The notes under the pieces are model-generated. The model made no database searches, was not told the DNA's origin, and saw nothing but the letters and a program-made list of their open reading frames with translations. DNA of 63,862 bases, counting the filler, from Octopus bimaculoides (Eukaryota), in assembly GCF_001194135.2 (NCBI RefSeq). It is 7 parts of 6 records of this genome, joined end to end, with 100 filler letters (N's around TTAATTAATTAA, not from the genome) between each part and the next. Parts side by side here need not be neighbours in the genome. Positions count along the whole stretch, not along the records: positions 44,509 to 55,844 come from NC_069008.1; positions 55,945 to 62,030 come from NC_068985.1; positions 62,131 to 63,862 come from NW_026375087.1; 4 more parts are not named here. One strand, 5' to 3'. The translations under genes and the position numbers were made by a program. Shown piece after piece: positions 52,754-63,862 of this stretch. Numbering within the stretch: position 1 is the first letter of the stretch; every line of letters starts with the position of its first letter.

Positions 52754-52937
52754 AATTTATATTTTCTCACCACAATATGCAGATGTTTACACACTTCATT
52801 CCTAAAAAAATTTCTTATCCTGGTCAATATCTGGAGATGCTGCAAACTCTTTTGTAATCCAAGTTTAATAGGAATGCAAAATTATCATTGAAGAGTTCAA
52901 AGATGATAAATTCTTTAATCCAATGTTATCCAGTAAT

Positions 52938-52960
52938 CTGAAATAAGAGAGAAAAAGTAG
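52938..52960 (-). promoter_or_regulatory. Candidate 3' splice acceptor of the ZNF-B coding exon
   Basis: Minus strand reads ctactttttctctcttatttcAG, a strong polypyrimidine tract plus AG about 185 nt upstream of the ATG. Implies a non-coding first exon further right. Confidence 0.55.
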
Positions 52961-55900
52961 AAGTTATAGAGGATGCTTCATAAAACAACGGAGATTACAC
53001 AGATTTTATATGTTATATTCATGATTCATCATCATCATAGGTTAATGTTTGCTTTCCATGCAATCATGGGTGGGACAGTTTCACAAGATCCGGCCAGTTG
53101 TGAGGGACAAATGCAACAGCAATACACACACACACACATATATGTGTGTGTGTAACTTCCTGAAGCACTGCAAGGGGATACATTGTATATAATATATATT
53201 TATTGGGTGCGTACATATATCTATGTGGGTATGTGTGTGTATGTATGTATATATATATATATATATATANNNNNNNNNNNNNNNNNNNNNNNNNNNNNNN
53301 NNNNNNNNNNNNNNNNNNNNNNNNNNNNNNNNNNNNNNNNNNNNNNNNNNNNNNNNNNNNNNNNNNNNNCAATAATAACAGACTTACAATGTCAGCTGAT
53401 GTGGTTTCGATTCCTGGACCGGGCGATGCGCTGTGTTTATTAAGCAAAACACTTAATCTTTTTAGCCCCTTGGATAGTAGAATANNNNNNNNNNTTTATT
53501 AAGCAAAACACTTAATCTTTTTAGCCCCTTGGATAGTAGAATAAAAGATCACGCCATTATTTAATAGATTCAGGAAAGCCTTCCATTTGGCAGATTTTAT
53601 TTGGTTTATACAGGGTGGACGAGTGAACACTTTTTGACACTTCTATCGACATATTTCTACGTCGAGTTATCCCCCACCAACATTCACTAAAACACCACGT
53701 TCCTGATAGACATGCCAGAACACGGCATTTCATACGTGAAATTAATTTCCCATTGACTTAACTGTCTGAAGGGAGTCAATGAATGAAGAGTGGAAGTTTG
53801 TGTCTTTAAAGTATATTTCAGTGAGAGATAATCGTACTGANNNNNNNNNNCAATTAACGTAACGTTGGCAATGTTAATCATATCGGTTTCAAATTTTGCC
53901 AGAAAGGTAGCAACTTGGCGGGGAGGGAACGAATCGAATACATCGAGCCCAGTGTTTCGACCCCCGAAAGAATGAAAGCGGAGTTTGAACTTAGGACGTA
54001 GCGACGGGCTAAATCGAGTTAAGCATTTCGTACAGCGTGATAACGGTTCTGCCAGGTCGCCACCTTAAGCCAAATGAATCCCAGAGAGAGGATAAAATAT
54101 ATCTTTCTAGAACATCACCACCACGGCCGATGGTGACAATAATGAAGATTCGTTTATCAGAGCCAGATGTTAACCACAGTAACCNNNNNNNNNNNNNNNN
54201 NNNNNNNNNNNNNNNNNNNNNNNNNNNNNNNNNNNNNNNNNNNNCTCCCTTTTCATAATATTCTTTGTTTCATTTAATAGAGAGCGGTGGGTTTACTTTT
54301 GTCACATGATACAACGTACTTCCGTCTCCCTGAAAATCATTTGACTCGGGAGAATAAACAATAACCTGTCTTTGTATGTTTTCACGGAAATTTGGTGTGA
54401 GTAAATATATTTTTCTATCGATTGATCGTTCGTGCCGGATCTCTTATCTGGCTTCCAGAAATCCGGGAATACTTNNNNNNNNNNAATCCGGGAATACTTA
54501 TACCGTGTATTGAGTATTCGGTTCCGCCCTTCCTTTCTCTGAAGATGACCAGGTTTTCAGCTTTACCCTTCGTGGGTCCTGAGGGACTGTGGCCTTCCGT
54601 GCTGTCNNNNNNNNNNNNNNNNNNNNNNNNNNNNNNNNNNNNNNNNNNNNNNNNNNNNNNNNNNNNNNNNNNNNNNNNNNNNNNNNNNNNNNNNNNNNNN
54701 NNNNNNNNNNNNNNNNNNNNNNNNNNNNNNNNNNNNNNNNNNNNNNNNNNNNNNNNNNNNNNNNNNNNNNNNNNNNNNNNNNNNNNNNNNNNNNNNNNNN
54801 NNNNNNNNNNNNNNNNNNNNNNNNNNNNNNNNNNNNNNNNNNNNNNNNNNNNNNNNNNNNNNNNNNNNNNNNNNNNNNNNNNNNNNNNNNNNNNNNNNNN
54901 NNNNNNNNNNNNNNNNNNNNNNNNNNNNNNNNNNNNNNNNNNNNNNNNNNNNNNNNNNNNNNNNNNNNNNNNNNNNNNNNNNNNNNNNNNNNNNNNNNNN
55001 NNNNNNNNNNNNNNNNNNNNNNNNNNNNNNNNNNNNNNNNNNNNNNNNNNNNNNNNNNNNGAGGATTCTTTTCTTTAACTGTATGGTGCGCAAATATATC
55101 GGGGAGAGATTCTACTCCAGCTGATTGTGAAGAAACCAGAGAAAATATGGCGAAGATGGAATTTCTCCGTTTTAGCGTGCATTTTCCAGGGTTTTTTTCC
55201 CCCCACTGTAGCCTTGGAAACGATCGCATCATTAAAAAAAAAANNNNNNNNNNAAAAAAAAAACACTTTTCGAGAAATGATTTTTTTTTAAAGTCCCTCT
55301 TTTTCCCCAGTGTTCCCTTTCTGGACAGATTTCGATCGTTTTTGTGGGCACTACGCACTTAGAAGGTATAGAAGAATCATATTCGGTAAATAAGTGGAGA
55401 TTTGGCTGNNNNNNNNNNTAGAAGGTATAGAAGAATCATATTCGGTAAATAAGTGGAGATTTGGCTGTTGTGTCTAGCATCTTCCATGACCACCTTCCTC
55501 GTTTCTTTCTCACTTTCACTGGTGTTGTTTTTGAATANNNNNNNNNNCCCCCCTACTGATTGCATAAACTCAAGCTATTAAAAAATGTTTGTTAGAATTT
55601 ATGATTTTTATCCACCCCTAAACCATAACGGTCATGGGATATGCTAGAAACAACAGCCAAATCTCCCATTAATTGGACTTTTCCTTCTGAACATTTTTCG
55701 ATTTCTTTCTTCTTTTTTTTTCTTTAATGAAAAGGCATGTATGGTTTGTAAGGTTTCAGTGTGACCAGAATCGACTGAAATCGGTCCACAGAGGGGAAGA
55801 TGGGATCGGTCTGATTTGGCGTGGTTTCTACACCTAGATGCCCTNNNNNNNNNNNNNNNNNNNNNNNNNNNNNNNNNNNNNNNNNNNNTTAATTAATTAA

Positions 55901-56924
55901 NNNNNNNNNNNNNNNNNNNNNNNNNNNNNNNNNNNNNNNNNNNNATACATATATGATACATATACTCACATGCATATAAACATAAATATATATGTATCTC
56001 GAGAGTGAGAGATAGATAGATAGATAGAGAGGGGGAGAGGAGAAGAGAGAGGGAGAGAGAGAGAGAGACCTAGTTTCTTCATTATATATGCTAAATGGCA
56101 ACATACCCCAAAATTAGCTAAACCAGCATTTATCCCCTTCCCATCATAAATTATCTATTTGTCTGGTGGCATCACCGTGTAGAAGGTCATTCTTTGTGTG
56201 AAGCAAGAACACACTATTCAGTTACTAACCGAAGTTTTTACTGCTTTCCTATCCGCCACAGACTTTCGTCTGCCATTGTTTATTGTGTGAACAAGTAGTC
56301 CGACTGATGGTGCTACTTGTAGATTTGACAGAAATTTGGGTAAAGATCCCAAGACTTTTTATTCTCAGTATCGCAAACGAAACAAATGCAGCTATTTCAA
56401 GTACATATTTACACACACACACACACACACATATATATGGGTAATTTTATATATGGGTAAGGTCGAAACAAAATGGAGTGTTCAGTCTCGACCCAGCCTC
56501 CATACAGCCGTTCGACTCTGTTAAAAACGTTTCGTTTAAATCACACACATTTTAATTAAAGAATAGTATACTGAAAAATGTGATCCTTAATATAAATAGG
56601 TTATTATTATTATTTGAATTTGGCAAGGATGGCCCGTGATAATGGGTCTACTTAAAACATTTGCTTGTTTGGCCGGAACATTTGAGTGGAAGAGTGAAGC
56701 CTGTCTGAGGTGCTCTTGGCAGTCGAGGTGACCAGGATGTGTGAGGTGCCTTGGTTCGCCATGGGTGGAACTCCCCCTATAGGAGGATTTTTGTTGTTAC
56801 ATTTTTCTTGTTAATTGTTATTGCTATTCATTGTTTACTCGTTAGTGTTCAACACCACCACTTGTCCATTGTATTGTATTGTTCTTATTTGTTTTTTGTT
56901 CGGCCCTTGTGGCCAATAAAAAAA

Positions 56925-56983
56925 TCATTATTATTATTATTATAACAATTATTGTTATAATAATAATAATAATAATAATAATA

Positions 56984-57073
<90 letters not shown>
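56925..57073. repeat. (AAT)n/(ATT)n microsatellite directly upstream of a SINE B head
   Basis: Directly visible; repeat orientation flips near 56986. Confidence 0.95.
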
Positions 57074-57075
<2 letters not shown>

Positions 57076-57290
57076 GGCGGGGAGCTGGCAAAATGGTTAG
57101 CACACCCGCCGGAAAGCTTAGCGGCATTTCGTCTATCTTTACGTTCTGAGTTCAAATTCCGCCGAGGTCGATTTTGCCTTTCATTCTTTCGGAGTCGATA
57201 AATTAAGTACCTGTTGCGTGCTGGGGTAGATCTAATCGACTGGCCCCTCCCCACAAATTTCAGGCATTGTGCTTATAGGAAAAAGGATAC

Positions 57291-59606
57291 TTAATAGAAC
57301 AGTTTTGTGTAAATGTGATGAAATTCACCTGTTATTTTATTCATTCCTCCAGGCTGTGACGTTAGTAATTCACAAACGTATTTGTCCTCGTGCATTTCGA
57401 GGACTGAAAGTGTAGTATAGTTATTTCCAGGTGTTCTTCAAAATTGCAGCCGTTTGATGTCAAATGTTCGGCAAGTTCAGTCGAACTACTGCTATTGTGG
57501 CTGAAGTCATATTTATGTCCACTGAATCTTTTATTTAATTGTTCAATTGTACAACCAACATAAATCAAGTTGCGCATTCTGCTGCGTATACCAAATGGGA
57601 ATCTTTATGTTCCCACCCTCTGTATAACTCATAACATTTCTGTTATGATTTGTGATGAAATTGACTTCACTCATGTTGCTCAGTGAACAGGGCTCATCTC
57701 TCCTGCGGCTGTTTTCCACGGTTCAGAAACTCCAATGGCAGTTTGCTTGGGGTTAGAAGAAGTGGTTGATATTTCTCGTATACGAGAAATACATATTTTT
57801 ATTGCGTCTAAAGGCTAAAGGCTGTGGGATTATTTATTTGAAACGAGGATAGTTTTCTGCAATATGCTGGTAACTTTCATGCAATACTTTTGAAATGCTA
57901 GCGAAATTTCGGTGCCAGTTAATCGCCAAAGGAATTCTATCACAAATTTTACTTAGGCTGCTAAAATTATTCGTGAAAGTTTGACTTTCTTTGTTAATTT
58001 TAGCTATGTCATTTGCGATTTCCTTTAATTATGATTCACTGTAACCGCGTTTGATGTAATGGCGTACAAGAGCATTTGCATGTTTCCAATATTCCCCTAT
58101 ATCAATACAAATCCGTTTTATCTTAAAAAGTTGGGATTTCGGATTTGATCTAAATTATATGATGTGGATATGATCGGAGCGGTAGTGAAGGCATATGTGG
58201 AATGACGTGGGCTTTGCAAAATAGCTCTCACTTTTCTGCCTCCTGAAAACTTAGGTATTTTATCCAGAAACTGAACGCTAGTTTTTGAAAAACTAGACGT
58301 AAATTTTGTATTGGACTTAAAGCTATAGTTTAAAATTTTCACTAAACTTTGAAATTTCTACAGGTGCAGCCAAACAGAAAAGATCCCAGACCAGAAAGAG
58401 AAAACCCAATTTATTCCCAGAAAATAACTAGAGACAACAGATAATTCGAAAAGTTTTAGTAACAAGCTTTCTCAGGGATTCGAAACCCCAACTCCAAATT
58501 ACTATACAATAACACCACACTTCTTCTCAAATACCAGTTGCTGATCTCAGACCAAACCAAAGAAATTTCTCTCTGGCCAGAACCGGACTCACAGAAAGAA
58601 GAACAGAGTGAACAACAAACCGGAACGTTAGTTGACTATCTAGCAAAAACAAGTTATCGAGTCCCGACCAGGCCGTCAACTAAGCAGAATATTTTTGATC
58701 AAAACAAAGTGACGTCACGAAACCTATAACCAATCGGAATCTGTTCATTGACAAATGTCAACAAAGAATGGATGTCACCAGGAAGCAATCAACCAAAACG
58801 CTAGACTCTGCCAAAGCAAAAAGATGTCATCAAAATTATAACGAATCGAAAATTAAACCCATTTTCATAGGAACAAATACTCGCAGGCGTGGTTCAGTGG
58901 TAAGAAGCTTGCTTTTCAACCACATGGTTCTGGGTTCAGTACCACTGCATGTCACTTTCGGCAATTGTCGGCCTGGGGATTTGGTAGACGAAAACTGAAA
59001 GAAGCCTGCCATATATATTTAGTTGAAATTTATAGAAAAACAAGACGAAGAATGGTGTATGACCAACAAGCAGGTGTATTAGTTTGACACTCGGGAAAAT
59101 GAAAATTTCTTTTACGTTCAACAGAAAAGAATAAAAGAAAATAAACAGAGAGAGAATAAAAAAAAAACTTGTGGATTTAGCGGTCGCCACCCTTTTCTCA
59201 TTCTTCTCCACTATTTTTTAAAGTAAGAACCCAATGTGAATGAACTTTCAAAAATGTACATTTGTTATGACCTTATCGCAACATCTACACTTATATTACG
59301 TTAGAACATTTACCTTGAACTTTTTAAACTTTTAAAACTATATAGTTTTTAGCATAAACTCACAGAAATGCAAGAAATTAACTAAACTGTCCTGTGATCC
59401 TTCCCAGACAAATAAGACGTCATCAATGAACCATAACTAGAGTATTGGTTCGTAACCAAGCAGGGATTTGAATGTCTTCATTAACTGTTTCGAATTTCAT
59501 CATGAAGGCATTAGTGAAATTAACTGGCATGGGGGTATGTGCTGTGGTTTGCTGTGGTGCTCTTATGTTTACTGTATTGAAAGTGTTTTGCGTAGAATGT
59601 GTGCAG
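57291..59606 (-). mobile_element. Penelope-like element: RT core, thumb and GIY-YIG endonuclease; dead and split by a 1-kb insertion
   Basis: TPMPVNFTNAFMMKFE (GTAMG region), WFIDDVLFVWEGS (59430-59419), KFT..SVQFLD, AFRRNKN, LIYVGCT..LNKRFSGH, terminal QPGGMN..FY* (stop 57291-93). Many frameshifts. Confidence 0.87.
58326..59359. mobile_element. 1034-bp unclassified insertion in the PLE RT
   Basis: Removing it restores FLHFCDSFKSNTKFT. 11-bp inverted ends tagttttaaaa (58326-36) / ttttaaaacta (59330-40); contains a SINE A head at 58882. Confidence 0.6.
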
Positions 59607-59998
59607 TGCCATTGGAGTTTCTGAACCGTGGAAAACAGCCGCAGGAGAGATGAGCCCTGTTCACTGAGCAACATGAGTGAAGTCAATTTCATCACAAATC
59701 ATAACAGAAATGTTATGAGTTATACAGAGGGTGGGAACATAAAGATTCCCATTTGGTATACGCAGCAGAATGCGCAACTTGATTTATGTTGGTTGTACAA
59801 TTGAACAATTAAATAAAAGATTCAGTGGACATAAATATGACTTCAGCCACAATAGCAGTAGTTCGACTGAACTTGCCGAACATTTGACATCAAACGGCTG
59901 CAATTTTGAAGAACACCTGGAAATAACTATACTACACTTTCAGTCCTCGAAATGCACGAGGACAAATACGTTTGTGAATTACTAACGTCACAGCCTGG
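59607..59998 (+). repeat. Perfect 392-bp inverted copy of 57349-57740 (PLE GIY-YIG region)
   Basis: No mismatch found by eye; the ORF track also gives identical 71-aa peptides at 57362-57577 (-) and 59770-59985 (+). Confidence 0.95.
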
Positions 59999-61998
59999 TG
60001 GTTAAATTTTTACCCAAATTTTTGTGTTATTTTGTAACACAAACTTCAATAATTTACACAGAAAATTAGACGGAATACCTTTTTTGACCATTTTTCAAAG
60101 GAATTCATGCGTCCCTTCACTCCATCCATCATCATAGTCAATATTGGAGTAAAGTGAAGAAACATTCATGGTTACCAAAAGCAGTTTTCTGGTGGACGAG
60201 GCTGAAAGGAATGAGAATAGAAACATTCCTCTTGGGGAGAGCCCAGATCGACCTTCTCAAGTTTCACGTGAAAAAGAAAGTGAGGGCGGAGAGGGAGGTG
60301 CTGTCCTCGTGTGAATTTATCGAAAGTGGGTGAAAGTGTAGACCTGAGTGGAGAAAAGAAACTGGAGAGGGTTCTTGTCCTTGGTATTCAGAGAGATCTT
60401 AGACGATGTTCCTAGATTATCCCTACAGGCCCTCTTGTGTCAGGAAGACGACATAACTAACATCTTTTTTGTTGTTGTTGTTGAATACTGTGTATACTTC
60501 ACTTTTTATTGCATACCGTGTATACTTTTCTTTTTTTTCTTTTTTAAATCATGTTATTATATGTAACCCCGCCACACTTTAACTATGTTTTTGTATTGAC
60601 CCCATCATCCTTCGCCCTGGTGGCAAATACAGGAAATCATCATCATCATCATCATCATCATCGTCGTTGTTGTTGTTATTATTAATAATAATTCGGATCT
60701 GTTCAATTTGACTTACAGGTTTTTTAATTAATTTTTTAAAGTAAACAGTTTGAAACTTCGTATACTGGTGGAATTTCTCACACAGAACACGGTTTACTTG
60801 GAACAATTTTGACAAAATTTGATATTTTAGAAGTTACTTCGTGAAGTCGTCGTATTTGGGTAATTTTAACCAATCAACGACGTATGTTCAGTTGAAGAAA
60901 GCTACTGCTGTTTGCGATAGTAATCGAAGAAGAACAACTTCTGGGTCATCTCTACAAATGTTACCACTCTGTTCTATTATATTTTTTGTTTACTGCCTGT
61001 GTTGCATATTACGCGCTTTTTTGTTTGTTTTTGGCTCTCGCGTCGGAGTAACTAGTAAACATCAAAGAATCAACATGAAGACGGAAGAAATATTATTTAC
61101 ATATATTTATTCGTTTGCCCGACATCGGTGTTTTATCCACACTTAAAGCGCACCGGTGTTTAAAAGACATATAGGGCTACGGGTCCGCAGCTAGCTTTTT
61201 TGTTGTTGACGTGTATGTTGTTTCAAAATGCCTTCTCTTACAACTACGAGATGTATTGTTAGCGTTATTTCATCTTACTATAATCAACAACAAACACATT
61301 TCGTCAGTATAAAAGTCTTTATTAGATTAAAAATAACATTACCAAAACACGAAGGTAAAACAAAACAAATATGCTTTGTTTTCTGCCAGGCACATACATA
61401 CGGGTCATCTTTAAGTTTCGTTATAAAGTCGAAACAAAATGAAGTGTTCAGTCTAGAAGTACTAGAGAATACTCGACACAGCCTCCATACAGCCGTTCGA
61501 CTCTGTTAGAAATGTTTCATTTAAATCACACACATTTTAATTAAAGAATAGTATACTGAAAAATGTGATCTTTGATATAGATTATTATTATTTGAATGTG
61601 CCGTTGTCTTTCATGTTGTTCACCAACCAACCTTTCCTCTGAAAAAAATCAGTGGAATCAGTCGATCTCCATACACAAATTATTTTCCTCTCGAAACTTA
61701 TAAAAAAGTACACATATTAAGCGCACTTTTCTATAAGCCACGCTCTAAATTTTCCAGGTAAAAAATAGCGGCTTATACACCGGAAAACACGGTAATTGTA
61801 GTGACTGTTTATTGGTTAAAATTACCCAAATACGACAACTTTAACACGAAATAGCTTCTGTTACTTACTTATTTAACCGACCCACAAAAGATGAAGGTAA
61901 AGTCGACTTCGGTGGAATTTGAACTCAGAACGTAGCGACAGACGAAATACTGCGAAGCATTTCGCCCAGCGTGCTAACGATTCTGCCAGCTCGTCGCC

Positions 61999-62030
<32 letters not shown>

Positions 62031-62180
62031 NNNNNNNNNNNNNNNNNNNNNNNNNNNNNNNNNNNNNNNNNNNNTTAATTAATTAANNNNNNNNNNNNNN
62101 NNNNNNNNNNNNNNNNNNNNNNNNNNNNNNAATTTAAAATCTAATTGGAGGGATAGTAGTAATTTCAAATTTAGAGGAAT

Positions 62181-62760
62181 ATAGATTAAGTGGTGATGGA
62201 CAGCAGGTTAGGGATAAATCAAGCATGAGGGAAAAAAATACTTATGATAACCACAAACCCCTTTCATATTACAAATTTAGAAGAAAAAATTCTATATGGC
62301 TTAACATTCCTTACAACTATGCAGTATCTATGAACATCTATAAGAAATTCATGGATATCTTACAAAAAAATTTTGTTCCTAACCATAGATATTATAAAAT
62401 ATTCTCTCAACACACAATCCGTATCTCATACTCTACTTTCCCCAATATAGGATCTATTATCAATAAGTTAAATAGAAAGAACATTGAACTAGCTAGGACC
62501 CTTGAAAATAAAAATTGTCTTATTATTGATAACAACACAAATAACTACCAAACAATTAATAACACCAACACAACCAATAATCATGCACATGTTAATGAAC
62601 ATATTAATACTTCAACTGCTAACATAGTTGATGCGATAAATCTTCCTAGCTCAAACAATATCAATACAACCAACAATATTGATGTAACTAATTTAGATAC
62701 TTGTATCAATAATCAACATAGCAATATATATATAGCTAATAAGCCCCTTAATTGCAATTG
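62181..62760 (+). mobile_element. Second PLE-like fragment (post-RT thumb/linker) of a different family
   Basis: RRKNSIWLNIPYN..VSMNIYKKF..LQKNF..HRYYKIFSQHTIRISYSTFPNI..II..LN..NCNC matches the IIWFNPPY / KIFN.SYSC.PN / CNC pattern of PLE ORFs as I recall it. Confidence 0.65.
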
Positions 62761-63862
62761 TATTTTAACTAGATATGTTTATCTTGTTCTAATTATTATT
62801 GTTCCCTATAGTTTTAAACTTAGTAATTTAGTGTTTCATTGTATTATTCTAATTATACTGTAGAATAGTTATATTTCTTTAATACCTTGACCTTAATTCC
62901 CTTACCTTAAATTTTTTCCGAATTCTTACCACTCCTTAGGGTATTGTCTTTCCATTTCCTTTTCCTTTTTTTTTTTTTTCCCTCATGCTTGATTTACCCC
63001 TAACCTGCTGTCCATCACTACTTAATCTATCNNNNNNNNNNNNNNNNNNNNNNNNNNNNNNNNNNNNNNNNNNNNNNNNNNNNNNNNNNNNNNNNNNNNN
63101 NNNNNNNNNNNNNNNNNNNNNNNNNNNNNNNNNNNNNNNNNNNNNNNNNNNNNNNNNNNNNNNNNNNNNNNNNNNNNNNNNNNNNNNNNNNNNNNNNNNN
63201 NNNNNNNNNNNNNNNNNNNNNNNNNNNNNNNNNNNNNNNNNNNNNNNNNNNNNNNNNNNNNNNNNNNNNNNNNNNNNNNNNNNNNNNNNNNNNNNNNNNN
63301 NNNNNNNNNNNNNNNNNNNNNNNNNNNNNNNNNNNNNNNNNNNNNNNNNNNNNNNNNNNNNNNNNNNNNNNNNNNNNNNNNNNNNNNNNNNNNNNNNNNN
63401 NNNNNNNNNNNNNNNNNNNNNNNNNNNNNNNNNNNNNNNNNNNNNNNNNNNNNNNNNNNNNNNNNNNNNNNNNNNNNNNNNNNNNNNNNNNNNNNNNNNN
63501 NNNNNNNNNNNNNNNNNNNNNNNNNNNNNNNNNNNNNNNNNNNNNNNNNNNNNNNNNNNNNNNNNNNNNNNNNNNNNNNNNNNNNNNNNNNNNNNNNNNN
63601 NNNNNNNNNNNNNNNNNNNNNNNNNNNNNNNNNNNNNNNNNNNNNNNNCTGTGGCCATGCTGGGGCACCACCATTTGGTGTTGCTACACAATTTTATTTC
63701 AGGAATTGACATTTGGTGCACGAGAGAGTTTGATGCAGCTGCTCTCATCTGCACCTCCTGCTGTGAAGTTGGTTCATCTGGGACACCTACAGGAAGAGGT
63801 CCAGCCTCATCATGAAGACACCTACATCCACTGCATGCAGGTCTCTCAGGTCCTTTGGGAGG

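Noticed and set aside
59020-59130. PLE-like terminal repeat that in other copies may carry a hammerhead
   Set aside because: The stem II/GAAA part is absent in this copy, so the claim would rest on memory rather than on this sequence.

Overview
AT-rich, microsatellite-dense, gappy eukaryotic DNA. It is most likely an octopus (coleoid cephalopod) draft scaffold; this is inferred from the SINE families and the single-exon C2H2 zinc-finger genes. Host coding content is three spliced + strand exons (37183-37428, 40103-40347, 42629-42801) encoding LDL-receptor class A repeats colinear with megalin/LRP2 ligand-binding cluster IV, plus two convergent paralogous C2H2 zinc-finger ORFs (45795-46961 +, 13 fingers; 51608-52753 -, 11 intact plus 1 degenerate finger) that probably lie in an LRP2 intron. 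The rest is a transposon graveyard: at least four SINE-like families, a Helitron helicase, an RTE reverse transcriptase, three restriction-like-endonuclease LINE fragments, mariner/Tc1 pieces, a piggyBac-like MITE, a Helentron-type element and Penelope-like elements (PLEs). I did not find a convincingly new biological system. The best leads are a dead PLE carrying a perfect 392-bp inverted duplication that shares its frameshift, a minimal hammerhead ribozyme in a PLE remnant, the zinc-finger pair (shuffled fingers and a deletion-created uORF), and CpG-rich versus CpG-poor blocks that may record methylation domains. All alignments were done by eye; TE family names and the LRP2 call rest on remembered motifs, not database searches.
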